IMG/VR virus record: IMGVR_UViG_3300025610_000020 | Strand: one strand, 5' to 3' | DNA from: an uncultured virus (IMG/VR IMGVR_UViG_3300025610_000020) | Taxonomy: Duplodnaviria > Heunggongvirae > Uroviricota > Caudoviricetes | Length of the DNA stretch: 20,000 nucleotides | Part shown: positions 6,831-15,609 of the stretch, one piece after another | How positions within the stretch are numbered: position 1 is the first letter of the stretch | Layout of the letters: every line of letters begins with the position of its first letter | Program-made: the position numbers and the translations under genes | The notes under the pieces: model-generated | What the model was told of the DNA's origin: nothing | Database searches by the model: none | What the model saw: only the letters and a program-made list of their open reading frames with translations

Positions 6831-8293
6831 TATTGATTTAAAGCAACGTTTATAATCTCATAATTAAAATTTTCTTCCTTATAAATTTTTAGTCTTTCAA
6901 CTAAATGATTGAGAGTGTAATTTCTTTTTTTGTTAAATGTGATATCATCCGCAATATCAAAAAGAGTGGCCTTCAATTTTTTTTCACTTTTTCTGAGGAC
7001 TCTACCAATACTTTGCAGGTTTCGGACTCTTGACTTGGAGGGAGAGGCAAAGATAACATTATGAAGATTCCTGATGTTAATCCCAGTAGAAAAAGTTCCA
7101 TAAGATGCGACGATGATTGCGTTTTCTTCGGTTTCGGTTATTTTGCGAATTCTTTCTCTATCTTCTGTATCTACTCCACCATAAACAAAGAAAACTTTTC
7201 TGTTATTTTTTACCGAATTATTTATCAATTCATATAATGGTTCTCCATGAGTTTCCACTCTTGTAAAAAGAATCAAAGTATTTCCTTTTTGAATCAAGGC
7301 TAAATTTTTAATAAATTTATTCCTTTGAGGGTTTTCGCAAAGATATCGAATTTCCTCTTGATAACTATCAAAGATTCTTGGTTTATGTTGTAGTCTAATA
7401 ATTTTTACATCAAGATCTGATAAGTGTTTCTCTTTGATCAACTCTTTTGTTTTAATTGTTGAATATGATGGGCCAAACAAACCCTCCAGAATCCACTTGT
7501 GAGTTTGACTTCCATCAAGTGTTCCCGTAAATCCAAATCTATATTTTGCATCAGCAAGTTTCGTCATGATGCTGACTAAAGATTTAGATTTAAATAGGTG
7601 TGCTTCATCACCAACTACAACTTCAAATCGTTCAAAGTATTTTCTGTCGAGTTTGTAGATGGATTGCCAAGTGGTGATAATAACCTGATTATCAGTTTCT
7701 CTTTCCTTACCACCATAGATCTTGTGGCAGTATGATCCAACATCCCAACCATAATCCGCAAAGTCCTTGTACATCTGTTCTACAAGAGATGTGGTTGGAA
7801 CAATAATTAAAGTATCTTTTCCCCTTTCAACATAGTATCTTACCACGGAGTAAATCATGAGAGATTTACCTGAGCCTGTCGGTGATACTATAAGTCGTCG
7901 ATTACACTTCAGTGCATCATAGACTGCTTGTACTTGATAATCCCTGGGTTTATGTGCAGAGATCTTTGTCATATAATCTTTGACTCCCTCATAGGAGATC
8001 ATTTGATTTAGATCAATCGGATGGCCATAGTATTTGTTATCTTGAAACTCATACTTGTATCCATGATCATCACAAAATCTTAGGAGTTTGTCTAATAGAC
8101 CAATATAAATTTCTCCAGTCTGAATATTGAATAATCTGATCTTTCCGTCCCACCATCTGTTTCGATATTGTGGCATATATTTTGCACCCTCAACATCAAA
8201 CGTAAACTGATCGGATAGTTCGTGTTTGATGTGAGGCTCAGTTTTGATTCTTAGATATACTTCATTCTTTTTGGAAATGATCAGATCACTCAT
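6830..8293 (-). CDS. uvsW: UvsW RNA-DNA/DNA helicase (SF2)
   Basis: PRDYQ Q-motif, SPTGSGKS, DEAH, TGT, QSIGRVLR; follows uvsY. Confidence 0.97.
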   Translation of the reverse strand: MSDLIISKKNEVYLRIKTEPHIKHELSDQFTFDVEGAKYMPQYRNRWWDGKIRLFNIQTGEIYIGLLDKLLRFCDDHGYKYEFQDNKYYGHPIDLNQMISYEGVKDYMTKISAHKPRDYQVQAVYDALKCNRRLIVSPTGSGKSLMIYSVVRYYVERGKDTLIIVPTTSLVEQMYKDFADYGWDVGSYCHKIYGGKERETDNQVIITTWQSIYKLDRKYFERFEVVVGDEAHLFKSKSLVSIMTKLADAKYRFGFTGTLDGSQTHKWILEGLFGPSYSTIKTKELIKEKHLSDLDVKIIRLQHKPRIFDSYQEEIRYLCENPQRNKFIKNLALIQKGNTLILFTRVETHGEPLYELINNSVKNNRKVFFVYGGVDTEDRERIRKITETEENAIIVASYGTFSTGINIRNLHNVIFASPSKSRVRNLQSIGRVLRKSEKKLKATLFDIADDITFNKKRNYTLNHLVERLKIYKEENFNYEIINVALNQ

Positions 8294-8296
8294 ACA

Positions 8297-8725
8297 TTAC
8301 ATTCCTGATGTAAATTTCAACCAATCGATGGCGTTCTTTATTATATATCCACGATTTGAGAGTGATTTTATGATTTCCTCCAGATAGCGAAGCATAATAT
8401 CGTAATATTTAATCTTGAGATCTACTTTAGAAAGTCTCTCATCGGCACTCATATGCCTCTGTATGCTCTCTTTTTCCCTCACCTTATAGGGAAATGGTTC
8501 ATCCTCGTAGACCGCAGGATCTGCCTTTCCTGTGTAGTAGTTGTAACGCTCAAGATATACCTTATCGTAGGTCTCTTTAGCTCTTTCTCTTAGCAGTAAA
8601 GTTGTGTTGTAAATTTCATAATATTTTGCATGAAGTTGTGGAGTCTTGAGTGATTCGTTCGCTAGATCATCTCTGTCTATCTCAGAATCACGATCCCACA
8701 TCTTCTGAATATCTTCAAGATTCAT
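8297..8725 (-). CDS. uvsY: UvsY recombination mediator
   Basis: 142 aa, ESLKTPQLHAKY, C-terminal RGYIIKNAIDW; synteny gp3-uvsY-uvsW. Confidence 0.9.
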   Translation of the reverse strand: MNLEDIQKMWDRDSEIDRDDLANESLKTPQLHAKYYEIYNTTLLLRERAKETYDKVYLERYNYYTGKADPAVYEDEPFPYKVREKESIQRHMSADERLSKVDLKIKYYDIMLRYLEEIIKSLSNRGYIIKNAIDWLKFTSGM

Positions 8726-9270
8726 AAATTAGTTCCGAACAAATTAGTTACTTCGTATATACTATACTTGAAAACAGCCTGTGCTGTAAAGAACTCTTCA
8801 CTTTGAAGTTTACTATCAAAGTCAAGTCCACTTAGACTGACTGGAAATAAATCCCTAAAAGTAATTTTAAAATTAGGCCTAAGATTACTACTCAATACAA
8901 TGAGTGATCCATCAGAGAACTGTTCCTGATACTTATCGGTAATTCCTTCATTGTCTGTTGTTAGATCTTCAAACTGTTGAGGTGTCTTTGGGAATCCTAA
9001 ACCAGTCAACCAGTTGTGTACAGCCATATAGTTTTCAAAATTTTCATCCACAAGAAATGACATCGTAAAGTCTGAATACTGGAGTTTTTCTCCAGGAACA
9101 TCTAGATTTTTAAGGTACGATGGTTGAACAGCTGTTCCTAGTGATATTTCTGGAATATTGGCCGTTTGACAAAAGAAGTTGATCTTCGGGTTTTTATTAA
9201 TCGTAAATTCAAATCCAGTAGGACTTAAAAAATTCCTGTTCTGGATTTGATTTCTATATGGGGACGCCAT
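8722..9270 (-). CDS. gp3: Tail completion / tube terminator protein gp3
   Basis: NRNFLSPTGF, FFCQTANIPEISLG, FLVDENFENY, FPVSLSGLDFD; tube-like family, downstream of gp23. Confidence 0.9.
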   Translation of the reverse strand: MASPYRNQIQNRNFLSPTGFEFTINKNPKINFFCQTANIPEISLGTAVQPSYLKNLDVPGEKLQYSDFTMSFLVDENFENYMAVHNWLTGLGFPKTPQQFEDLTTDNEGITDKYQEQFSDGSLIVLSSNLRPNFKITFRDLFPVSLSGLDFDSKLQSEEFFTAQAVFKYSIYEVTNLFGTNL

Positions 9271-9279
9271 TTTTATTTT

Positions 9280-9287
9280 TATTTAGA
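9280..9287 (-). promoter_or_regulatory. Putative late promoter (TCTAAATA) for gp3
   Basis: Lies right after the terminator T-tract, 9 nt before the gp3 ATG. Confidence 0.6.
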
Positions 9288-9288
9288 T

Positions 9289-9312
9289 AAAAAAAGAGGG
9301 TCCGAAGACCCT
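9289..9312 (-). terminator. Rho-independent terminator with cUUCGg tetraloop
   Basis: Minus strand AGGGTC-TTCG-GACCCT-C-T7; overlaps the stop of the 90-aa ORF. Confidence 0.9.
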
Positions 9313-9583
9313 ACTGAACACGTTCACACATATAACCATGTGTTAAACCCCTTTTTGCTTTGTATGTTTTATACTTAATACCATACTTAGAAAGAGTTTT
9401 AGTTGGGACGGTTGGACGACCTTTCTCAGATGCAACTTCTTCATAAGAACGCTCAATGAAAAAGCCACTACCAACGGGAATGGATTTGTCTAACCAAGGA
9501 TATTTGAGACCAGTTGAACCACCCCTTTGACCAAGAGGAGTAACACTATTTGCTGTGCAGATGGTGTAGTTTGTTGACGCCAT
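9311..9583 (-). CDS. Hypothetical basic 90-aa protein (moron-like)
   Basis: Has its own sigma70 promoter and terminator; K/R-rich C-terminal half; KYPWLDKSIPVGSGFFI motif. Confidence 0.75.
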   Translation of the reverse strand: MASTNYTICTANSVTPLGQRGGSTGLKYPWLDKSIPVGSGFFIERSYEEVASEKGRPTVPTKTLSKYGIKYKTYKAKRGLTHGYMCERVQ

Positions 9584-9611
9584 GATGAATAGAACGTTTG
9601 ACTATGTTTAC

Positions 9612-9640
9612 ATATTAGACGACTAAGGAAAAAATGTCAA
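9612..9640 (-). promoter_or_regulatory. Sigma70-type promoter for the 90-aa ORF
   Basis: Minus strand TTGACA (9635-9640), 17-nt spacer, TAATAT (9612-9617). Confidence 0.75.
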
Positions 9641-9644
9641 CCAT

Positions 9645-9669
9645 AAAAAAAGGGGACCTTTCGGTCCCC
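9645..9669 (-). terminator. gp23 terminator
   Basis: GGGGACC-GAAA-GGTCCCC-T7; perfect 7-bp stem with GNRA loop; 27 nt after the gp23 stop. Confidence 0.92.
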
Positions 9670-9696
9670 GTTGAATATATCCCGCTTGGGCAAGAA

Positions 9697-11121
9697 TCAC
9701 ATGAGGTTCTTGACGGAAACGCGACGATAGTAGCGGTTGGTGCCAGCCTTGATAGCGCCAAGAGCGGCGTCGGTTCCTTCAGCGAAGGGATTAGCGACCA
9801 TGCCGTAGCGGGTCTTGAATCCGATCTTGGGCTGGAAGGTGTCCTGACCAACGGCACGTACCATCTGGAGGGGTACGTAGGGGCAGTAGAATAGACCAGC
9901 GTCATAGGGGGAAGCACCCTTATAACCAACGACGTAGTACTGAAGAGCACTGTTGTTGGAAGCGAAGGGGTCAATATACACGCGATACTTACCATTGATA
10001 GTACCAGCAAAGGTGTTGCCAGTGTCATCAACGTTAAGGTTAGCGTTGAGGGCGGGGGTGTAATCAAGTACACCAGCCATGGTTAGAGCAGAAGCAACAT
10101 CAGCGGAAGTTAGGATGATGTTACCCTTTCCACGACGAGTTCTCTGGGCGATCTGGTTAGCATCGCGCTCGATCTGGAATAGTAGACCCTTGAACTTCTC
10201 AACAGACCAACGACCGTTAGAGTCGATGTCTAGGTCAAACTGACCAGCGGTAGCAGTGTTGAGTTGAGCACCAGCCTCAGCAGACTTATAGATGGTTCTG
10301 ATAACTTCGCGGTTGATCTCAGCCATGATCTCTGTGGAGAGAATGTTGGCGAGTTCAGCCTCGGCGTTTAGACCATGGATTGCCTTGAGGTCTTGTGCTA
10401 GTTCTAGGGAGTACTCAGCCTTGAGTGCTCTGGACTTAGCGGTTACGGTGACTTTCTCGATTGAGAAGGCCATCTGGTTGAAGTCAGTTCCGCTCTCGCC
10501 TAGGGCCTCAGAGTCGGTAACTGCCATACCCTGACCTACGCTGTAGGTGCTAGGAGCAGCATTAGGATCGAGAACGCCAGGATTGGAACCACGCTGTAGG
10601 GTAGTACCGAAACCAACGCTACCACCGCTGTCAGAACCACCAGTGTAGTCACCCTGAGTAGCAGAGTAACCAGAGTTCTGAGCAGAGAATGCAGAATCGG
10701 GCTCGTTGAATAGAGCTTCGTCTCCATTCATGTTGTTGTACTTAGAACGCATCGCGAAGATGAGTCCAGTGGGTCCGTTCATGGGCTGAACGCCAGCGAG
10801 GTCATAAGCGACCAAGTTGGGCATAGAGCGACGGATGAGGCTGATTAGTACGGGATCGAAACCGCCAGTGGGAGCGCCACTGTCAGTCTGACCAGAACCA
10901 CGATAGTATGCACCACCACCAGTGGAGAATGAGTTAGTGGGGGTAGCTTCTTGAAGGTCGAAACCGCCTTCAGCGAAAGAACGCTCTTCACTGAGGAAAC
11001 GCTCTTGGTTCTCTAGAAGTTGGGCTGTGACAGCACGACGGTGGTTGTCTTTGATAGACTCGCAACCTTCATAGTCTAGAAGGGGAGCCCACTTCTCTAG
11101 GAGTTGGGGATTGTTATACAT
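9697..11121 (-). CDS. gp23: Major capsid protein gp23
   Basis: LLEKWAPLL, FDPVLISLIRRSMPNLVAYDLAGVQPMNGPTGLIFAMR, KSRALKAEYSLELAQDLKAIHG, FQPKIGFKTRYG. Confidence 0.99.
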   Translation of the reverse strand: MYNNPQLLEKWAPLLDYEGCESIKDNHRRAVTAQLLENQERFLSEERSFAEGGFDLQEATPTNSFSTGGGAYYRGSGQTDSGAPTGGFDPVLISLIRRSMPNLVAYDLAGVQPMNGPTGLIFAMRSKYNNMNGDEALFNEPDSAFSAQNSGYSATQGDYTGGSDSGGSVGFGTTLQRGSNPGVLDPNAAPSTYSVGQGMAVTDSEALGESGTDFNQMAFSIEKVTVTAKSRALKAEYSLELAQDLKAIHGLNAEAELANILSTEIMAEINREVIRTIYKSAEAGAQLNTATAGQFDLDIDSNGRWSVEKFKGLLFQIERDANQIAQRTRRGKGNIILTSADVASALTMAGVLDYTPALNANLNVDDTGNTFAGTINGKYRVYIDPFASNNSALQYYVVGYKGASPYDAGLFYCPYVPLQMVRAVGQDTFQPKIGFKTRYGMVANPFAEGTDAALGAIKAGTNRYYRRVSVKNLM

Positions 11122-11169
11122 TTTACTTTGGTAAGTTTAAGGTTTTATGAAAATAATTTAGGTTAACGA

Positions 11170-12126
11170 TCACTTAATTCTTGAAAGTGTCTGTAGGTAA
11201 CGAGACATTGAACCAGAAACATCTGGGCCAGCATCTACACCTTCAGAAAGGGTTTCGGTAGTTTCACCTTTTGTATCAGCGGGGAAATATGATTCCCTTA
11301 GAGTCGCTAACTTATCACGGTAAGATTCTTCACCCTCAAACTCAACACCTTCTGCTAGAGAAGCGAGTTTCTCCTTCTGAGTTAGTGCTAGACCTTCAGA
11401 AACCTGAGCGAAGATACCTTCAGCGGTGGTTTCTCCAAGTCTGCGATTCAGTTGGATATTTCTCTCGATTTGCTCGTTGAGCTTGGTTTCCATGTCATCA
11501 AGTTTTTCTACCATATTCTCAACAACATCATATTTATCGTCAGGGATGGATACATAATGATCTTCAAATAGACCCTTCATTCCTTGGAGGAATGATTCGG
11601 TCATTTCAGTCTTCAGACCGTGCTCGATCTGAAGTGCATTCTCTTCGATCCACTCTTGAGCAACGTACTCAAGATATGAATCAATCTTTTCCGCTAGATC
11701 AGCTTTAATACCTTCTAGCTCTTCGGCAATAGTTGCCTCATAGTTTTCTTGGATTTGAGCCTTGACTTCTTCTACGCGAGCGTGAAGAGCAGCCTCAAAT
11801 ACGGTTCTTGCTTTTTCTTGGAACTCTTCGGAGAGTTCTTCACCAGCAAAGAGAGCAGCAACGTCTTCATCAACGTTGACTTCTTCGATGGTGGTTTCTT
11901 CTGATTCTACTTCTTCTTTCTTGGTAGCACCCTGAGCAGTGGGCATAGGGGCTCTTCCTAGCGAAGCACCAGGATCTTTTAGTTTAGCGGAATCGTCGTC
12001 GGGTCTGTAGTTCTCGGGGGTAGGACCACCGAGATCTTCGATTTGAGCACCGCCAGCAACCATAGGTTCGCCTGCAGCTGCGCCTTTTTTCACGACGTTA
12101 TCCATTTCTTGTAAATTAGCGGACAT
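11170..12126 (-). CDS. gp22: Prohead core scaffold protein gp22
   Basis: Acidic coiled-coil protein; DLGGPTPENYRPDDDSAKL, ELSEEFQEKARTVFEAA, YLEYVAQEW; between gp21 and gp23. Confidence 0.95.
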   Translation of the reverse strand: MSANLQEMDNVVKKGAAAGEPMVAGGAQIEDLGGPTPENYRPDDDSAKLKDPGASLGRAPMPTAQGATKKEEVESEETTIEEVNVDEDVAALFAGEELSEEFQEKARTVFEAALHARVEEVKAQIQENYEATIAEELEGIKADLAEKIDSYLEYVAQEWIEENALQIEHGLKTEMTESFLQGMKGLFEDHYVSIPDDKYDVVENMVEKLDDMETKLNEQIERNIQLNRRLGETTAEGIFAQVSEGLALTQKEKLASLAEGVEFEGEESYRDKLATLRESYFPADTKGETTETLSEGVDAGPDVSGSMSRYLQTLSRIK

Positions 12127-12171
12127 TTGGGAACTCTCCGAAAATAGATCTATATTGTTGAAATCTATACT

Positions 12172-12179
12172 TATTTATA
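12172..12179 (-). promoter_or_regulatory. Late promoter TATAAATA upstream of gp22
   Basis: Exact T4 late consensus in the gp21-gp22 intergenic region. Confidence 0.8.
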
Positions 12180-12181
12180 AA

Positions 12182-12832
12182 TTATAGATTTGATAGGAAG
12201 TTTTGGAATAAGTTTAACTTATTCTCTTCTAGTCTTTTTTGATCAACCATGGTGTTGATCTGCTTGTATGTTTTTTCTGCAAGTCTTTCGCGGAGAATGC
12301 CGCCATCCCAAACCCACTCTTTTCCTTCCATGATGCCATTAACAAATGCATCAGGAGCTGAGGGATCTGCTACAATATCAGCAGCAGTTGCTAGAGAGAA
12401 ATCGTCATTAACCATACTATAACCTTCTCTAGTTGGAGAAAGTGTTCCAACACCACGAGAAGATACGCCAAGTTTTACACCATCATTAAGGAGAGCTTCG
12501 GCAATCTTACCCATGGGGGTTGAAAGGATTTTAGCCTTTCCAATAAAGTTGTTACCCTCTCTTTGGAGTGAAACAATTTTATGGGAAACTCTATCAAGAT
12601 TAATGGAAGGTCCATCGGGATGGCCTAGTTCTCCCAGAGCACGACCCTTAGAAACAAAACTTTCATTATAACGCTTTACTTCTCTATCAAGAAGATTGCA
12701 GTCATACATTCTTCTGTTTCTATTGGGGATGTTTCCCTGAAGGAAAACTCCTTCAATATAGAGATGTTTTTGACCGTTGCGTTGCTCAACGATAATCTCT
12801 ACCTGTTCGATCTCTTCTCTGATGAGTTTCAT
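12182..12832 (-). CDS. gp21: Prohead protease gp21
   Basis: ALGELGHP (His), LGVSSRG (Ser), DIVADPSAPDA (Asp). Confidence 0.97.
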   Translation of the reverse strand: MKLIREEIEQVEIIVEQRNGQKHLYIEGVFLQGNIPNRNRRMYDCNLLDREVKRYNESFVSKGRALGELGHPDGPSINLDRVSHKIVSLQREGNNFIGKAKILSTPMGKIAEALLNDGVKLGVSSRGVGTLSPTREGYSMVNDDFSLATAADIVADPSAPDAFVNGIMEGKEWVWDGGILRERLAEKTYKQINTMVDQKRLEENKLNLFQNFLSNL

Positions 12833-12836
12833 TTTT

Positions 12837-13103
12837 TTATACGGTAAATCCTACTTTGGTTGCTTTTACATCGGTAGATCCTGCTAAGATCATATCCTTA
12901 TGCTTCTTTTCAATATATTCAACAGTACCAGTTGGCATAGTCATAGAACCAATACCCTGATAATTTTCATCTAATATGGTAATCAACTGATCACCTGCAT
13001 TGCTATTATATAAACGTACTACTGTAGCAGCTCCAATGCTAGAAGCACCACCAACACTAGTAGGACAATTTTCCTGTGGTCCAAGGACAAGTGATCTTGC
13101 CAT
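12837..13103 (-). CDS. Conserved hypothetical protein, probably virion or prohead-associated
   Basis: 88 aa, ATVVRLYN...KVGFT; in the head cluster between gp20 and gp21. Confidence 0.75.
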   Translation of the reverse strand: MARSLVLGPQENCPTSVGGASSIGAATVVRLYNSNAGDQLITILDENYQGIGSMTMPTGTVEYIEKKHKDMILAGSTDVKATKVGFTV

Positions 13104-13270
13104 TATTCTTCTCCAGAATCTTCGATTTCATCTCCAAATAATGATGCTGCAGCATATGGACGAAGAGCATCAATTTTTTCTGCAGCCTTGCCATAAAGAG
13201 CATCTTTAATATTATCACTAATCTCAGATGCACTTGCATCAGAAAAAATTAAATCAACAATATTTTCCAT
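13103..13270 (-). CDS. Small acidic prohead-region protein (55 aa; positional analogue of T4 gp67)
   Basis: Not in the ORF track; hand translation MENIVDLIFSDASASEISDNIKDALYGKAAEKIDALRPYAAASLFGDEIEDSGEE*. TAATG overlap with the next gene; late-promoter motif upstream. Confidence 0.8.
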   Translation of the reverse strand: MENIVDLIFSDASASEISDNIKDALYGKAAEKIDALRPYAAASLFGDEIEDSGEE

Positions 13271-13296
13271 GAAAAGGTTATGAACTAACTAGAAAG

Positions 13297-13304
13297 TATT
13301 TATT
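13297..13304 (-). promoter_or_regulatory. Putative late promoter (AATAAATA)
   Basis: NATAAATA motif just after the gp20 stop. Confidence 0.6.
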
Positions 13305-13307
13305 CTC

Positions 13308-14960
13308 TTAGATTTCTCCACCTTTCATATCTGCCTGTGTAGGCCCAGCATCAATCTCCTCATCTTGCGGAACTTCACCCATCATATTTGGGTCTTCTGG
13401 AATGGGATTTCCAAATTCATCTACTGGTGCATTGGGATCGGGGAGAATTCCTTTCTCAATTTCATCCTGAATTTGCTCATCAATTTCAATGATTTCTTCA
13501 TCAGTTTGGCGAAGAACTTTTCTACGGAGATATTCGACAGAGTAATACTTACCAAGATAAGGTTCTGCGAGTTGAGCTAATCCAAGTCTCCCTTCAAGAA
13601 GTTCTTTCTCCTTAAGTTCTGCAAAATGATTATCATACATATAATCAAATTGAATGTGCTCCTCAAGCATCTTCCAATCTTGAGGGGTGCAAATATTTTT
13701 AAGAAGACACTGAGTTTTCAGCATATCAATAAACATATTGCTGAAACGCTTTCTAAGGCGACCAACAAATTTGGAGAACTTAAGTTCGTCTCTTAGAATC
13801 TCAGAAGAACGGCCAAGATTGAATCCACCCTCAGCTGCAATTCTTGATTCTGGAACTCCTAGTGATCTGTATAATTTCTTCTGGAAATACTGAACATCAC
13901 TCAGTTCGCCAAGATTTTGTCCACCAGGAAGTGTGGAGATTTCAGTTCCTCTACCACCTTCACGTCTTGGTAGCCAGAAATCTTCTAGCATAGACATGTA
14001 TTTCTTATCATCACGAACTTCTCCAGTGGAAGCATCATAGGTAAGTTTATTTCTATACCTATTCATTACATCACGAAGATATTGCTCAGCTTTAATCTTA
14101 GGTAGATTGCCTACGTCAATGTAAAAAATTCTACGCTCAGGAGCTCTTGATAGTCTGTAGATAACTAGGGAGTCCTCAATCATACGAAGTTGATTGAGTG
14201 ATTTGATTGCCTTATGAAGATATGATAGAACTACACCTTTATTTCTATCTACTAGTCCAGAAGTGCAATATGTGATTGCATCTTTGGCAAACTTAATTCC
14301 TTTTGTTCCAGAATATTTACTACCAACACCACCAGCATAGGTTGGTCTTGGTGTATACATGAAGTATTCTTCAATTTCAGGGAACTGAACAACCTCATTT
14401 GGATTTGCTCCATTTGGTTGTCTGAATATTGCATTACCTTCTTGTTTTTTCTTTTCTTCACGAACATATCTCATCTTGAGAGGATCAATATATCTTAACT
14501 CTTTGATCCCTTCATGTGGATTTTTGATGTCAATTACTTTATGATAATAAAGTCTTCCATCAACATACCAGTTTCTAAAGATCTCATGTGACTTCGCATC
14601 AAAGTTTAGAAGATCTTTTATATTTTTAAATTCTTCTCTAATTCTCTTTTTGATGCCATCACTAGCTGGGAGATTATCAAGGTTAATAGTAACGGGAGTA
14701 TCATTAAGATCACTAACAATTGCCTCATTTACAACATCTTCGATGGCAGTATCCGCTTCGGGATGAAGAGCCATTTCACGATATCTTTTTACAAGTTCAA
14801 ACTCTGATTTATATACTCCTTCTAAGTCAAGGTATTGGCCATAAAAATTACTAGCAATATAATGGTCAACCCCGTCCTCATTATTTTGAGGAACGGGGGA
14901 CACTATAGTTTTAGATTTTTTCTCGCTATCTTCAATTGAGAATCCAAACAGTCTCGCCAT
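13308..14960 (-). CDS. gp20: Portal vertex protein gp20
   Basis: MARLFGFSI, FRNWYVDGR, LRMIEDSLVIYRLSRAPERRIFYIDVGNLPK, EDFWLPRREGGRGTEI. Confidence 0.99.
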   Translation of the reverse strand: MARLFGFSIEDSEKKSKTIVSPVPQNNEDGVDHYIASNFYGQYLDLEGVYKSEFELVKRYREMALHPEADTAIEDVVNEAIVSDLNDTPVTINLDNLPASDGIKKRIREEFKNIKDLLNFDAKSHEIFRNWYVDGRLYYHKVIDIKNPHEGIKELRYIDPLKMRYVREEKKKQEGNAIFRQPNGANPNEVVQFPEIEEYFMYTPRPTYAGGVGSKYSGTKGIKFAKDAITYCTSGLVDRNKGVVLSYLHKAIKSLNQLRMIEDSLVIYRLSRAPERRIFYIDVGNLPKIKAEQYLRDVMNRYRNKLTYDASTGEVRDDKKYMSMLEDFWLPRREGGRGTEISTLPGGQNLGELSDVQYFQKKLYRSLGVPESRIAAEGGFNLGRSSEILRDELKFSKFVGRLRKRFSNMFIDMLKTQCLLKNICTPQDWKMLEEHIQFDYMYDNHFAELKEKELLEGRLGLAQLAEPYLGKYYSVEYLRRKVLRQTDEEIIEIDEQIQDEIEKGILPDPNAPVDEFGNPIPEDPNMMGEVPQDEEIDAGPTQADMKGGEI

Positions 14961-14987
14961 GTTATAAAGTGACTACGTTAATAAGAT

Positions 14988-14995
14988 TATTTATG
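14988..14995 (-). promoter_or_regulatory. Putative late promoter (CATAAATA) upstream of gp20
   Basis: NATAAATA motif in the gp19-gp20 spacer. Confidence 0.65.
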
Positions 14996-14999
14996 AATC

Positions 15000-15590
15000 T
15001 TAGTTAATGTCACCAGCAGCGGCACCATTTCCACTTCCAGCAGCTGTCCACCACTGAACTTGTAGTTCAACAGTGAATTCTTCAATGGTGTCAGAAGAAT
15101 CGTATGAAAGATCAATCTGACTAATGTTTGTTGGGAATACATCATGGAACTTGTACTTTCTTAGTACAGAACCATCTCTATCTAATTGATATACAAATGC
15201 ATCAGCCTGATAGTCTGCTGGGTTTGTAGAACCAGTAGCATCAATAACATTATTGATACTGTTCATCCATCTTTCAAATGCACCTCTGATTTTGAAATCA
15301 GTGTCATTGATGACGGTGATTGTCCAGGTATCAAAGGTTCTGTCCCCTGCAATCTTGAGGAGACGACCACGGAAAGCAACGTCAATTGGAGCTACGTTAG
15401 ATGCGGGTAGAGCTGCTGTCTTGACTAAAAATCTTGACTCGGTTAAAACACTCTCCCCAATTCCCAGATCAGCTGGGAATGAAAGGACAACTTCAAATAG
15501 ATTGGGCCTTGCGCCACCTCCTGATAGTTTATTTTTGAAGTCTGAGATAGTCCTTAAAGCAGGAGGATTTTGTTGATTCTTGGATGCCAT
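15000..15590 (-). CDS. gp19: Tail tube protein gp19
   Basis: GGGARPNLFEV, FRGRLLKIAGDRTFDTWTITVIND, FPTNISQIDLSY, IEEFTVE. Confidence 0.97.
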   Translation of the reverse strand: MASKNQQNPPALRTISDFKNKLSGGGARPNLFEVVLSFPADLGIGESVLTESRFLVKTAALPASNVAPIDVAFRGRLLKIAGDRTFDTWTITVINDTDFKIRGAFERWMNSINNVIDATGSTNPADYQADAFVYQLDRDGSVLRKYKFHDVFPTNISQIDLSYDSSDTIEEFTVELQVQWWTAAGSGNGAAAGDIN

Positions 15591-15609
15591 TTTAGGTTAG
15601 ACCTCTAAA

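Noticed and set aside
9615..10073. 152-aa alternative-frame ORF overlapping the gp23 3' end (possible frameshift extension)
   Set aside because: Its Pro/Ser/Thr/Leu-rich composition is typical of a shadow frame of a codon-biased gene. It runs through the gp23 terminator, and no slippery site was evident.
9697..12126. Higher GC in gp22 and gp23 as a sign of horizontal transfer
   Set aside because: Better explained by codon bias in highly expressed capsid genes; synteny is canonical.
12144..12168. Palindrome ATAGATCTAT and a nearby ATCTAT in the gp22 leader
   Set aside because: Short and AT-rich, so plausible by chance; nothing supports a function.
13057..13239. 60-aa minus-strand ORF from the track
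   Set aside because: Wrong frame. The 55-aa ORF at 13103-13270 fits better, with stop/start coupling and an upstream late-promoter motif.
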